DNA of 59,321 bases from a virus (lineage: Duplodnaviria > Caudoviricetes). Below, one piece after another: positions 58,839 to 59,321 of this stretch. The position numbers and the translations under genes were made by a program. Position 1 is the first letter of the stretch. Each line of letters opens with the position of its first letter. The notes below the pieces were generated by a model. The model had not been told where the DNA came from, did not search any database, and saw only the letters and a list, made by a program, of their open reading frames with translations. Where the stretch lies: the IMG/VR virus record IMGVR_UViG_3300037882_001894, positions 1 to 59,321 of that record. One strand, 5' to 3'.

Positions 58839-59057
58839 ATGGATATAAATTCGCTATCTGACAAAATAGTTGCTGAAATTTCTGAAGCTTTTGATAATAT
58901 GGGCATTACAGACGTTGATAAAGCAAGCAAGCGCATATCTATTTGTAATAATTGCTCTAACTATCTGACTGCAACTAAACAATGTAAACTATGTGGTTGT
59001 TTTGTACCGATTAAGGCTAGATTAAAATCTGCTGTTTGTCCAAATAACTTATGGTAA
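58839..59057 (+). CDS. Small Cys-rich protein (DUF6171-like)
   Basis: R..IC..C.....QC..CGCF...K.......CP...W. Confidence 0.7.
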   Translation: MDINSLSDKIVAEISEAFDNMGITDVDKASKRISICNNCSNYLTATKQCKLCGCFVPIKARLKSAVCPNNLW

Positions 59058-59063
59058 ACTAGT

Positions 59064-59096
59064 AAAAAAACAGCATATTCAATATGCTGTTTTTTT
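59064..59096. terminator. Bidirectional Rho-independent terminator
   Basis: aaaaaaacagcatatt-c-aatatgctgttttttt. Confidence 0.85.
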
Positions 59097-59129
59097 GTGC
59101 TATAATGGATATACAATTATTTGTAACAC

Positions 59130-59226
59130 ATGATCCACTATAACGACAGCACTAATACATATTCTTTCGATCTTCCTAACCACAACATTAATAAAACTGG
59201 TAGTGGTGGTAATACTAAAAAATTAT
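59130..59226 (+). pseudogene. HNH family copy 7, interrupted after codon 32
   Basis: MIHYNDSTNTYSFDLPNHNINKTGSGGNTKKL then unrelated sequence; in-frame stop at 59271-59273. Confidence 0.85.
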
Positions 59227-59321
59227 CAGGAAGCTGGGTGAAAACCCCGTCCTTCAGGACGGCTTTCTCCTAATCTCTTCTTGACATTACTGTCTACATA
59301 TCCTATAATATAATTAATGAA
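59227..59321 (+). mobile_element. Probable IS200/IS605-family left end, continuing beyond the window
   Basis: TTAT|CAGGAAGCTGGGTGAAAACCCCGTCCT-TC-AGGACGGCTTT subterminal hairpin; TTGACA-17nt-TATAAT at 59281; ATG at 59317. Confidence 0.7.

Overview
AT-rich segment of a large T4-like (myovirus) phage genome. NblA, a cyanobacterial-type outer-membrane protein and a cyanobacterial-style IS200/IS605 end suggest a cyanobacterial host. The window carries replication genes (gp45, uvsX, gp41, gp61, gp59, gp32, rnh), nucleotide-metabolism genes (mazG, nrdA, nrdB, thyX), gp33, and baseplate/tail/head genes (gp53, gp48, gp4, gp2, gp54, gp26/gp51, two gp29-like hub proteins, gp27-like, gp5, fibres). Mobile elements are abundant: four inteins, one GIY-YIG endonuclease, six intact plus one interrupted copy of one HNH family, and an IS left end. 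Top candidate novelty: a ribonucleotide reductase large subunit apparently encoded in three pieces, the third being a 57-aa ORF absent from the ORF track that carries the missing C-terminal CxxC tail and has its own promoter and terminator. Also notable: the diversified HNH cassette family, a probable -1 frameshift gp26-gp51, a split RNase H and a class-3 intein starting with Glu. All assignments come from motif recognition by eye; no database searches were run.
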